Part shown: one piece after another, positions 44,301 through 53,053 of the stretch
Layout: every line of letters begins with the position of its first letter
Position numbering within the stretch: position 1 is the first letter of the stretch
Origin: an uncultured virus (IMG/VR IMGVR_UViG_3300027963_000003)
Lineage: Duplodnaviria > Heunggongvirae > Uroviricota > Caudoviricetes
Direction: 5' to 3' (one strand)
Length of the DNA: 64,000 nucleotides
IMG/VR virus record: IMGVR_UViG_3300027963_000003
Notes under the pieces: model-generated
What the model was told of the DNA's origin: nothing
What the model saw: the letters and a program-made list of their open reading frames with translations, nothing else
Database searches by the model: none
Program-made: the position numbers and the translations under genes

Positions 44301-47300
44301 GCTCTAGGGCTAGATACAAAGTCGTGGGAAATAGCATGAGTTAATTCATGTGCAAGCACATCTTCATACTTACCAAAATACTCGTCAATATAAATAGTGT
44401 TTGTTTCAGGGTCATACAGTCCAGGAATAGCTTCTACTTCAACTGGAGTACCAGCCGCATATCTATTTGATTCTTCATACCCTTCAAGCATTGCTTCTTG
44501 TTCAGCAACATACTTGTAAAACGCATCTTTTTCAAACAAGGCATTATTAGAAAACAACGTGTTTGAAAGTGATTGGTCAGACTTTACGTCAGGAGTTAAT
44601 CCTTTAGGGAATTGAATAATACCTTCAACCGCTTTGCTTACAGTCATACCCGAATCTACTCTACGTTTAGCTTCACGCAGTGCATCAATATTGGCAATGG
44701 TAATCTTAGCGGAATCAACACCTTCTTTAAACTTACTAAACTTCTTTTCAATTTTGGTGCTATCTACGGCTACCTTTAAACCTTTTACGTTTCTAGCTAT
44801 GCTAGCAATTTGACGGTAGATTGGGCTTTTACTTTTACCCAACGCATCTAACACACCTTTAATATCGCCAGCTTTAGCAGCAGTCATCATCTTATTATTG
44901 ACCGCACCTTTTAGACGATGTCCTCCTACGCTAGCAACATACCCCATACGGCGGGCAAATTCTTTATTTTGTTGTAGAGGAGTACCGCTAATAGGACCAA
45001 CTTTAGTAGTTTTTTCTTTAGGTTTTTTAGCAGGTTTTACGGCAGGTGCGCCTTCCTCCTCTTCAAGAGTACCTTCAAAGGCTTTACGTCTTGCCACTTC
45101 TTCATTTTGCTTTTTAGCATAAGCACTACCACGACGGGTATACTTTTCTAATTCTTTAGTGCGCTCAGCTACATAAGCTTTTTGTTCTTCAGATAACCCA
45201 CGATACGCACGGTTAGCATCTTTACTATTTTCTTTAGCGTGCATATCCCCAGCAAGGGCATCAAGGGCTTTAGCCCCTATGTAGTTTGCTTTTTCTAGGT
45301 AGTTGCCAATTGCTTCTCTATACTCTTTAGCTTGACGAGGGTTAAGTTTTACAGACGGTTCTTGAATGTCGGGGTTGTATGCTTTTACAGGAGCATTTCT
45401 TTGGGCAACTGTTTGAGCCGCTTTTTCTTCTAGTGTTAAAGGTTGTTGTCCTAATGCACGCTGGACTGGTGCCGCTCCTCCAATAGGTTGTCCAACATCA
45501 TTCCCAACAGGAACCATTCCTCGTCGTTTAGATTGGTCAATTCCGGGGGTGGTTCCAAATCCGTCGCTAGGCACTCGAACGCTTGACTCACTTGGTCCGC
45601 TGACAGCTGTAGGAGTCTCCCTAGCACTTTGCTGGTTGAAAGCTGATTGTTCATCTTGTAACTCCTGTCGAATTAAATCTTGCTCTTCCTGAGATAATAC
45701 CTCTTCCGCCGTAGGTTTTAAAGGTTTCATGCGGCGCTTAGGCTTAACTACTTCTTGCGCTACCGCTTCTGGTGCTACTTGTTGTTCTACAACAGCTTTT
45801 GGTTTTCTTTCACGTTTCTTAGGTTCAGGGATACTAAACTCAGGACGCTCTAAAAAGCCAGTAACGCCTTCAATAATTTTAACGCCACGATCCCCACCAG
45901 CATAATCTTCTAGAATAGTTTTAACTTCTTTTGCTACTTTAGGGTCACTTAAATCTTTGCCTAGTAACTGGTTTCTTAATTTTTTATTGGTAGCCCCAAT
46001 GTTCATAGCTTTAAAATCAGCTTCTGTAATTGGACGACCAGCTTCCATAACACCTTGTGCATTAGGTTCAGCGTATGTAAATGCAGATTCTCTAGCTTTT
46101 AATTCGTCTTGGCGGGTAATAGCTGCTTCTCGTTTTGCTGCGGCATTCTGTGCAGATTGTTCTGCTTTAGCTTTTGAAGCTTCAACGTCAGCTAATAGTT
46201 CGTTGTATGCGTCAGACTGAGTAAACCTATCTCCAAGTCTTTCACGCATAATGCGCATCTCTGTATCTTTTTGTTCAGTTTCATAGGCATCACGGCGTGC
46301 TTGGTCTATTGCTGCTACCGCATCTTCCTGTGCTTTAATTGTGTCTTGCTTAAACTGCTCAATGTCGGCTATAGCTTGTAGTCTTTGGTCTTCTCTACCA
46401 CCTGTAACCATGCCGGATACACCACCAAATAGACCACCACCCAATGCACCCATACCTGCTGCTGCACCAACACCTTTAGTTAAACTAAGTTCAGGGTTAA
46501 TTTCTTGTAAGCCTACGTTAGATATAAACTTACCGCCACCTTCTTCTAGTCCTTCAGATGCTGCTTCACCTACAAAACCTCTAGTAAACCCACCAACGCC
46601 AGGCATACCTTTACCAGCAAGGGCACGTTCAATAGTTGCACCGCCAGGAAGTCTAGCTGCTCCTAAAGATAGAAACGATGCTTCAATAGCGGCAACACGT
46701 CCTTTAGCTAAGGCAATACCCGTAGCTTCCTCATCGGGCATATCAGGGTTTTGTTTTTTAAGTTCTTTAAATGCGGCTACATAAGTATCTGAACCAACAT
46801 CGGCACCTTGCATTGCAGCACCTGTACCAATAGCGCCACGAACACCAGCTTTACCAAGAGCTTCTTCAGTAGCACCAACCATCAATGCTTTAGTAGTACC
46901 ACGAGCAATTAGACCACCGCCCCATGAGCCAAGTAAGTTAGGTACTTGTTCTGCAAAAAACGATGTCAACAAAGCTGGGTCTTTAACCGTTTCTTTAATG
47001 GCTGTACCAAACTCAGCCAACATACCATCAGCCTTTTCAATCTTTTGCGCCCGTACAAATTCTTTACCTCTAAGAATAGGCGATTTAGATTCTTGTCCAA
47101 ACTGTTCTAGTTGTTTACCTAAACCTTGTAGTCCAGTATCAGAGTCTTCAGCTTTAGTTATTCCAGCTAGTTGAGAAATCTGTCCGGGTATCTGTGCAAG
47201 TTGCCCAACACCACTAACTAAACTTGCTCCAACGTCAGTAATAGCTTCGCCAAAACCACGTTTTTGTTTAGCGGCTAAATCAGGGAAAGCTTCTAGGATT

Positions 47301-47383
47301 CTTTTTTTCGCATCTAATTGAGATACGTCGTCTGGAATACCTTCAACAATTCTTCCGTCAGGAAGTTGAACGTTATACGGCAT
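41387..47383 (-). CDS. Large polyvalent/internal virion (ejection) protein with HExxH peptidase-like motif and LPD38-like C-terminus
   Basis: 1998 aa; GLYDPETNTIYI...VLAHELTHA; DYVPFYR; C-terminal P...P.LE..TNYNFFTGRSI...TSEL...IAP..VDHII.G.TG. Confidence 0.7.
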   Translation of the reverse strand: MPYNVQLPDGRIVEGIPDDVSQLDAKKRILEAFPDLAAKQKRGFGEAITDVGASLVSGVGQLAQIPGQISQLAGITKAEDSDTGLQGLGKQLEQFGQESKSPILRGKEFVRAQKIEKADGMLAEFGTAIKETVKDPALLTSFFAEQVPNLLGSWGGGLIARGTTKALMVGATEEALGKAGVRGAIGTGAAMQGADVGSDTYVAAFKELKKQNPDMPDEEATGIALAKGRVAAIEASFLSLGAARLPGGATIERALAGKGMPGVGGFTRGFVGEAASEGLEEGGGKFISNVGLQEINPELSLTKGVGAAAGMGALGGGLFGGVSGMVTGGREDQRLQAIADIEQFKQDTIKAQEDAVAAIDQARRDAYETEQKDTEMRIMRERLGDRFTQSDAYNELLADVEASKAKAEQSAQNAAAKREAAITRQDELKARESAFTYAEPNAQGVMEAGRPITEADFKAMNIGATNKKLRNQLLGKDLSDPKVAKEVKTILEDYAGGDRGVKIIEGVTGFLERPEFSIPEPKKRERKPKAVVEQQVAPEAVAQEVVKPKRRMKPLKPTAEEVLSQEEQDLIRQELQDEQSAFNQQSARETPTAVSGPSESSVRVPSDGFGTTPGIDQSKRRGMVPVGNDVGQPIGGAAPVQRALGQQPLTLEEKAAQTVAQRNAPVKAYNPDIQEPSVKLNPRQAKEYREAIGNYLEKANYIGAKALDALAGDMHAKENSKDANRAYRGLSEEQKAYVAERTKELEKYTRRGSAYAKKQNEEVARRKAFEGTLEEEEGAPAVKPAKKPKEKTTKVGPISGTPLQQNKEFARRMGYVASVGGHRLKGAVNNKMMTAAKAGDIKGVLDALGKSKSPIYRQIASIARNVKGLKVAVDSTKIEKKFSKFKEGVDSAKITIANIDALREAKRRVDSGMTVSKAVEGIIQFPKGLTPDVKSDQSLSNTLFSNNALFEKDAFYKYVAEQEAMLEGYEESNRYAAGTPVEVEAIPGLYDPETNTIYIDEYFGKYEDVLAHELTHAISHDFVSSPRAKNTPTYKALDKLYQHVLGKFSDKDAYGLSSLDEFVSEGLSNPLFQKELSNIKYENTTAWNKFVQSIAKILGLKPDNALTELLNLTTTAAEQGQSTTRTGKPAFLLQAASLDALYEATGANRRAKPTEETGAFQTIKDSTKSRQAAKSAVNKFLNTAETMLFSADSALNNAIRKELESNKTNWETVKQMMFEVSTSQATHADAVAMQFLQHGSLKYDPKAYKWRAEKADDSWAGIVSKLADIAKNNGLSTEKVTNYAQQAFVAERLKGLAKSDREIYSHMTPEQIEAGLKFFEMLPELRDVQKSWNAVRKNTMDIAVQSGLYNKDQAKELLDIMDYVPFYRVEQLAQRAGPKEYGRGLIDFAKGFKIKGSEQEVANIFDNMERWTSYTVARAVKNRSALNLYDTAKKLFPDEVKDLRQDETVHREQNTIDLWVDGQRQKVEFKDPLFVYAFTGIESAAIPHFGVASAASNILRKNIVLMPLFSISQLSQDSFGAMLTSGLKHPWLLPLEVAKEFTKTLRGKSAAATELTKYGAVGVRDYSATFIRENAEILAGLKKDTKSGAFMRALENFAMASDNAVRQAVYNMTLKETGDKALAVERAFEIINFKRAGASGNIQMLRQVVPFFGAYLQAQNVIYKTLSGKGIAPQQKKEAHRILASNALKIGALAFMYAALSADDEDYQKMDPSIRDRHLLIPGTAFMLPLRSDLTLMPKLIAEYTYLGMTDNSFTDDKKIRRAMSSALAEAVLSPTVVPQVFKPFLEVGTNYNFFTGRSIIGQHLAGLETEKQYTTSTSELGKFIGSSGLIAPVNVDHIIKGVTGTTGGLLLHLTNGLVNGVSDQPRPEKSWQDAIASTPGLSAFVAKEYGNADKNDYYELRDEVSKAVNTLRDIEKHGTVEEYREFESKRVDLLKTKDQVNNINRQLSELRAYERDVIEAPESRMDAEKKGQEIERIRQMEKKMLGNVNQLRRMAGY

Positions 47384-47392
47384 TACAATTCC

Positions 47393-48958
47393 TTATGATT
47401 TTGGAGGTGCGCCTAAAGCATTAAACTGATAAACAGTAGGTGCAGGAGGGCCACCGCCACCACCTAAAACTAAACCTTGCGCTAACTGCCATAGTTCCTC
47501 TGCAGATTTTCCGTAGTATGGGCTACCCATTTTAGCGGATTCTTTTAATAACCCTGAGTGCATTTTTCCAATAGCGGCTAGATTTGCTTTGTCCATAGCA
47601 GTCTCACTAGCATTGCCAAGATTAGCGCCTTTTGATTTAAGGAATTCTCCGTAAGCTCCGTAGTAACCGCCTTTGTCTTCGGCTTCTTTTCTCATGATTG
47701 CAAGCTTTTCAGTTTCACGAGCAGCGTCTTCTTTCTTCATACCAAGAGCCATGAGTTCTTTGATGTTGTCACGGTCTTCTTTTCTGTATCCAGCTTTATC
47801 TTGTGCATAACCTTTAGCCGCTGCCATAGCACCTTGACCAATATTAGTAAGTGCGTGCTGTGAAGTACCACCCATAATGCCAAGACCTGCTTCAAGTAAA
47901 CGCATATACTTATCTTGCTGACGGTCTACTTTACCTTGAGCCGCATTTTCTAAAAGCATTTTTTCGTACTCAGCATACTTGTCTTGTTTAGGTTCTTTTG
48001 TCTTACCTTCAGAATCAAGATCCGCTTTAGTTGTAGCAGCCATTCTTCCTTTTTCACCAACAGTAGGCAAAGTCCTATTACCTGTTTCTGCACCTATCTT
48101 CTTAGCAAGTGCTTCCGCTTTAAAGAGTTTTTCTTCATCAGTGCCACTAGTTCCTTCAGCAGGCATCATCTTTCTAACTTGTTCGGAAGTAGTAGGAATT
48201 GCAGCTTTACGTTTTGCTTCTTCTACAGCTGCAACGTCACGGGCAGTATCTTCAGGACGGTTAACAAACATCGGACGTTGCCCTGTACGGGCTTCTTTAC
48301 CCATGTTGTAAGTTACAGCTTGCTCTCCAGGAGATTGTTTCATAAACCTGCTCCAAGGATCCATAATGCCTTGCTTAACTGCACGATAACTGCTTTGTAC
48401 TGGATCCCAATTTCTAAGTTTTGCTAATTCACCTAAACCAAAATCACCAGACACGGCTTCTTGGTTACGTAAAACACGTTGCATATATTCATTGTTAGCA
48501 TATGGGTCTTCTACGTCACTACGTTTATCACCAGAAAACGCAACAATACCACCACCAGCATAGTCATCTACATAGCCGCCATCATCAAACGCAACAATAC
48601 CACCACCAGCCATGCTTTCTCCATCCATACCGCTAGGCAAAGCGGCTAGACCTTGAGTACGCTGCATAGTAGGTAAACCAGCCATTTGTTGTGGCATAGG
48701 TTGAGGCATTTGTTGCATGAGTTGAGGCGTCATCGCCCCTACTAAATCTTCTTTAACCGTTTGTACAGGACCAGCTATGCCAGAAGGCGTTACCGCACTT
48801 TGACGTTTTTTAATTTCTGCTAAAGCTAAAAACTCTGGAACTCTAGGATTTGTGCCCTGTGCATATTGCGCTAATTTGTCAATTTTAACTGCAGGATCTG
48901 CTAAGTATTTTGCAATTTGAGCATACTCGTGCATAGGATTATTAATTATGCTTCTCAT
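47393..48958 (-). CDS. Putative DNA ejection/internal virion protein
   Basis: Low-complexity helical protein with tandem AGGGIVAF motifs. Confidence 0.55.
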   Translation of the reverse strand: MRSIINNPMHEYAQIAKYLADPAVKIDKLAQYAQGTNPRVPEFLALAEIKKRQSAVTPSGIAGPVQTVKEDLVGAMTPQLMQQMPQPMPQQMAGLPTMQRTQGLAALPSGMDGESMAGGGIVAFDDGGYVDDYAGGGIVAFSGDKRSDVEDPYANNEYMQRVLRNQEAVSGDFGLGELAKLRNWDPVQSSYRAVKQGIMDPWSRFMKQSPGEQAVTYNMGKEARTGQRPMFVNRPEDTARDVAAVEEAKRKAAIPTTSEQVRKMMPAEGTSGTDEEKLFKAEALAKKIGAETGNRTLPTVGEKGRMAATTKADLDSEGKTKEPKQDKYAEYEKMLLENAAQGKVDRQQDKYMRLLEAGLGIMGGTSQHALTNIGQGAMAAAKGYAQDKAGYRKEDRDNIKELMALGMKKEDAARETEKLAIMRKEAEDKGGYYGAYGEFLKSKGANLGNASETAMDKANLAAIGKMHSGLLKESAKMGSPYYGKSAEELWQLAQGLVLGGGGGPPAPTVYQFNALGAPPKS

Positions 48959-50070
48959 GATTTTTTACCCATTAATCTGTTTAACTCAAGTGCAGCTAAA
49001 CCACTACCTTTTTTCTCTTTAATCTGACCGCCTTCTTTCTTAGCCATACCGTACATTGCTGCACCAGTTAAACCAAGACCAGACAACTGAGATAATTGAT
49101 TAGGGGCTGCTTGATACTGTTGAGTAGTAGCCTGTTGTAATGGAAGACCACGCAACATAGCATTCATCATACCCAATTGCATAAACGGATACTGTTGAGC
49201 CGTAGCGTAATCTTGAATAGACTGGTTAATTTTCTGCTGCTCTTGTTGTTGCATTGCAGCGCCAATTTGAGATTGAGTACCAATAATACCCTGTTGAGCA
49301 TTTTGTTGGGCAGTACCTAACTGACCTAATGTAGCTCCAGCTTGACCAGCTTGACCGTAACCTTGAAGCGCTGCTTGCTGCCCTTGTAACCCAAGTTGAG
49401 CGCCAAACTGTTGTTGCTGTTGGGCATTTTGAAATGCGTTTTGTGTACCAGTAGCTTGGATACCTTGTAACTGTGTATTTAAATTACGTTGTGCTTCAGC
49501 GTTTTCAATAGCTTGACGGCTACCACCAAATGCACCTTTAGCTGTAGCTTGTGCTTGTCTCATTGGTTGAGCAATTTGATAATCACGTAACGCAGATTGT
49601 TTTTGGTAGTCAACCACGTTCTGCATGTAAGGCGACATGTAATTTTGCATTGCCGTTGGATCTTGTGCTTGTTGTGCATATTGTTGTCCTGCACCAGCAG
49701 CTTGTCCTGCAACTCCTAATGAACCTATACCTGCCATACCAGCTAAACCGGAACCAGCATTAAACTGACCTGGCATTTGCATGTTATACGCTTGGTTTTG
49801 AGCAGACGTTTGCAGTGGTGAAAACCCTGCTACATAATCATCTGGATTGGAACTATACGCTTTGTATGGGCGAAACGAAGTCATGTCGTCGTTATAAATC
49901 TGCGTTTGTGCAGACTGCAACATGTTTTCTACATAGGGGCGTGCGTATTCAGGAACGTTAGAGGTTTGTGAATAAGTTTGTGTGGGGGGAGATTGCCCAC
50001 CACCACCCATAAAAGGAGTACGTGTACCCTCGTGGGTCCAACCGCTGTGTTTGCTTCTTAATATGCTCAT
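48955..50070 (-). CDS. Putative DNA transfer/pilot protein
   Basis: Gln/Ala/Gly-rich; YMSPYMQNVV...GAFGGSRQAI motif. Confidence 0.6.
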   Translation of the reverse strand: MSILRSKHSGWTHEGTRTPFMGGGGQSPPTQTYSQTSNVPEYARPYVENMLQSAQTQIYNDDMTSFRPYKAYSSNPDDYVAGFSPLQTSAQNQAYNMQMPGQFNAGSGLAGMAGIGSLGVAGQAAGAGQQYAQQAQDPTAMQNYMSPYMQNVVDYQKQSALRDYQIAQPMRQAQATAKGAFGGSRQAIENAEAQRNLNTQLQGIQATGTQNAFQNAQQQQQFGAQLGLQGQQAALQGYGQAGQAGATLGQLGTAQQNAQQGIIGTQSQIGAAMQQQEQQKINQSIQDYATAQQYPFMQLGMMNAMLRGLPLQQATTQQYQAAPNQLSQLSGLGLTGAAMYGMAKKEGGQIKEKKGSGLAALELNRLMGKKS

Positions 50071-50480
50071 ATCTTAGCCTCTACAATCCTGTAGCGTTCT
50101 TTAAACCCATATCTAGTCCACAAACGTGCAATAGATTCTCTAGCGGCACCTTGAATCTTAGTAGCGCCATAACTCTTTAGTAGAACAGTTAACTGCTCAT
50201 ATGTATCTTTACTACTAATTAACTTACCACCAATAGCAGTAACAAACCCAATTCTATCGTTAGGCATATTAATAAAACTAACTGCTGCTGCCCCGTGTAC
50301 ACTGTTTTCTTCATCTACCGCCACCAAAAGTAACCATTCGCCTTTAGATAACAAACCTTTTATTTGGTCTAAGGTATAGTCATCACCACCCCATTTTAAC
50401 GCATCAACAAAAAAATGCTCAACTAAAGGCCAAGTTTGGTGGAAAAAGTTAATTGAAACAGATTTAACCGTTAAGTTCAT
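50067..50480 (-). CDS. GNAT-fold-like protein in the ejection module
   Basis: 137 aa; FVTAIGG...GATKIQGAAR...LW..YGF pattern. Confidence 0.5.
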   Translation of the reverse strand: MNLTVKSVSINFFHQTWPLVEHFFVDALKWGGDDYTLDQIKGLLSKGEWLLLVAVDEENSVHGAAAVSFINMPNDRIGFVTAIGGKLISSKDTYEQLTVLLKSYGATKIQGAARESIARLWTRYGFKERYRIVEAKI

Positions 50481-50950
50481 TCGCCACCATAAGTAGGTTG
50501 TGGATTTGCTGCTGCTTGCCTCGCCGTTTCTTCCGCTGCTTGACTTTGTTGTAACGATACGCTTGGGGCTACTCTATTTAAATTAGCACCAATTCCCGAC
50601 ATATCTGGTCTATAAGAATTTCCGTATGAAGGCATTTGCTGCATTGGTTGCTGGTAAAACTGATCCATACTATTAAACTGTTGTGAAATAGGGGCGTATT
50701 GACTAGCCATGCTTTGATAAAGCGCTTCTAAACCCATATCCTGTACCGTTTGTTTTGGAGCTTGTTCTAATGGGGTTTGTTGTGAATTCTGCTGCATTGG
50801 GCTATAGGTAGGCGTGTAACGATTTGCCGTTGGGCTATTTGTTTTAGACCCATAAGCCGGCATAGACGCATCTCTACCAGCTCCTGTTTGGTTAGCCATT
50901 TGCCCCATTGCTTGGCTTAATACTCCGCCGCTCCCGCTCATCCCGCTCAT
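50477..50950 (-). CDS. Gln/Met-rich hypothetical virion protein
   Basis: 157 aa, coupled. Confidence 0.55.
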   Translation of the reverse strand: MSGMSGSGGVLSQAMGQMANQTGAGRDASMPAYGSKTNSPTANRYTPTYSPMQQNSQQTPLEQAPKQTVQDMGLEALYQSMASQYAPISQQFNSMDQFYQQPMQQMPSYGNSYRPDMSGIGANLNRVAPSVSLQQSQAAEETARQAAANPQPTYGGE

Positions 50951-52341
50951 ACTGGTAACGCCTTAGCTGCTTTAGAATTAACTGCAAATTTACCTTTACC
51001 CATAGACTTTTTACGTTTGGCTTGCACTCGATCCATCATTGCATAAAGACGTTTAGCACCTGCATCTGTAGAACCATTACCTAGTTCAGACACAATACGA
51101 GCTGGAATTACAAATTCACCATCCGCAAGACGGGCAGGTTGATGACTCCCTATAGTAGCAGGAATGTTATCTGATACGCCATCTCCAGGACCTCTAAGTA
51201 AACGACCACCATCTGAATAACTACCTAAGTTAGCAATGCCTCCCCCTGCCATCATAATTCCACCTTCAGCCGCATAGGTTGGGTATTTTGCTTTGTAGTA
51301 AGGATTTGGTTGTATTGGTTCTTGCGCACGGAAATTAGGAGATATACGCTTAAGGTAGTTGCCATCGTCAGACGTATCTTCTACCGGCATTGTTTTTTGT
51401 TGTGGGTTCATAGCAGCTAAAATACCAGCCCCAGCTGTTGTATATCCAGCTTTTTCCATTGGTGTTTGTTTAGACCACCAGCTTGAATTAGGGTCTGCTT
51501 TTGCTGCAGCTACTGCATCTGCTTGCTGTTTAAGAATTCTATCCCCAGCGTTCATTGGGGTATTAGGTTGGGCGGGAGCGGATGCAAGGTTTTCTCCTGG
51601 TACTTTAGCGAACGGATCAAATGTGTTTGTTTGCCCTGATAGTTCTGGACGTCCAGAACCTGCAATCATTTGGTCAACTGTTAATCCACTACCTTGCGGA
51701 GGTACAGACGCATTTGGGGTTAAAGCATTTATTCCGGGTTGTGTAGGAGCACCGGGAAGTTGAGGAGCTTGTCCAACAGGAACATTGCCAGAACCAGGTC
51801 CAACACCACCAAACGGTACATTTGCTGCTCCAGTTAGCGGGTCAATTGGAGCGCCTGTAGATGGAGCTACGGTAAGGGCGTTAGTACCTACTTCGGTGCT
51901 TGCAGTTAAAGCGGCATTAGGGTCAGCACCAGCACCTAACCCACTAAGGCCACCACCAATAGCGCCTGTTATACCACCAGTAAGAGCTGCTTTACCTACG
52001 TCACCACCTTGTATAGCTGCACTACCACCCGAAATAAGGGCACCAGCACCAGCACCAGCAAGGATACCAGCAGAAGTAGCACCCATACCAGCACTCATTA
52101 ACATAGGTGCCGCAGCCCCAGCCGTAAAGTAAGTAGCTGCAGCCATAGCCACAATAGGCAAGACCTGTTCTAAAAAGCCAGCTTCATACAGTCCTGTTTC
52201 AGGGTTACGAGTTAAACTACCACCATGTGCCTTAGCTAAAGCTTCAAGACCACCAACCTCATGGGGGGTCATATGCACTAGGACGGAGTCTTTGCCTCGA
52301 CCCCTATTTTCTAGGTTTTTTGCTATGTGGTGTAGGCTCAT
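50947..52341 (-). CDS. Putative internal virion protein
   Basis: GRGKDSVLVHMTP.E...NPETGLYEA N-terminus; GPGDGVSDNIPA...LADGEFVIPA C-terminus; start reassigned to MSLHH. Confidence 0.6.
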   Translation of the reverse strand: MSLHHIAKNLENRGRGKDSVLVHMTPHEVGGLEALAKAHGGSLTRNPETGLYEAGFLEQVLPIVAMAAATYFTAGAAAPMLMSAGMGATSAGILAGAGAGALISGGSAAIQGGDVGKAALTGGITGAIGGGLSGLGAGADPNAALTASTEVGTNALTVAPSTGAPIDPLTGAANVPFGGVGPGSGNVPVGQAPQLPGAPTQPGINALTPNASVPPQGSGLTVDQMIAGSGRPELSGQTNTFDPFAKVPGENLASAPAQPNTPMNAGDRILKQQADAVAAAKADPNSSWWSKQTPMEKAGYTTAGAGILAAMNPQQKTMPVEDTSDDGNYLKRISPNFRAQEPIQPNPYYKAKYPTYAAEGGIMMAGGGIANLGSYSDGGRLLRGPGDGVSDNIPATIGSHQPARLADGEFVIPARIVSELGNGSTDAGAKRLYAMMDRVQAKRKKSMGKGKFAVNSKAAKALPV

Positions 52342-52378
52342 ACTTGCCCCTTGGGAATAGATTTGGTTGATTTTAACA

Positions 52379-53053
52379 TTAATATTGCGCCGATACAAAG
52401 GTCATTGTTGCGATTACCGATGGTGTAGCAGGTTTAGTAGGGCTACCGCTGGCGGGAAGATAGGGGACAGTAACATCTGTGCCGTTTGAAGTTGACCACA
52501 TTACTTGCACATAATCGCCAACTGCCAAAGAAACATAAAAATTCCAACCAAAAACACCATGATTTGGGTCTCCAGGACCTTTTCTTGCTAATAAACCAAT
52601 AAGACTATTTGATACTGGGATATCGGCTAAAGTAGCTGTTGCTGCTGTATATTGTCTAAACCATACATATACGTCTTCTGTAGCACTAGAAAGGCTTTTA
52701 ACTTGAATACTAAACTGAAGGTTATAAAGGGCCGCATAGTCAGGAGTTATTCTAGAATTGCTGACAATAGAAAACCCATTGGCAAAATCAGTAGTATTAA
52801 AAGTAAATGCGGTAGCCGTATTTGATGCCGCTGTTTGGGTTTGAGTGCTAGAAAATGCACCATAAGGGAAAGTAAGCGAACCACCACCAGAACCGTTTAA
52901 AAGACTTGCCCCAAAGTTATCTATCTGGTTAAAGTACAAACGTAGTACGTTGGAGTATTGGTCAAAGTAGTTAGCGTTATACCCTTGTATTGGAGCGTTG
53001 GGTAAGTTGGGTGCCTTTGAAGGGCGAATTGGTGCGGATCTATTAAGTGCCAT
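52379..53053 (-). CDS. Virion structural protein
   Basis: APNLP...LRLYFNQID N-terminus plus C1q/TNF-like beta C-terminus. Confidence 0.55.
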   Translation of the reverse strand: MALNRSAPIRPSKAPNLPNAPIQGYNANYFDQYSNVLRLYFNQIDNFGASLLNGSGGGSLTFPYGAFSSTQTQTAASNTATAFTFNTTDFANGFSIVSNSRITPDYAALYNLQFSIQVKSLSSATEDVYVWFRQYTAATATLADIPVSNSLIGLLARKGPGDPNHGVFGWNFYVSLAVGDYVQVMWSTSNGTDVTVPYLPASGSPTKPATPSVIATMTFVSAQY

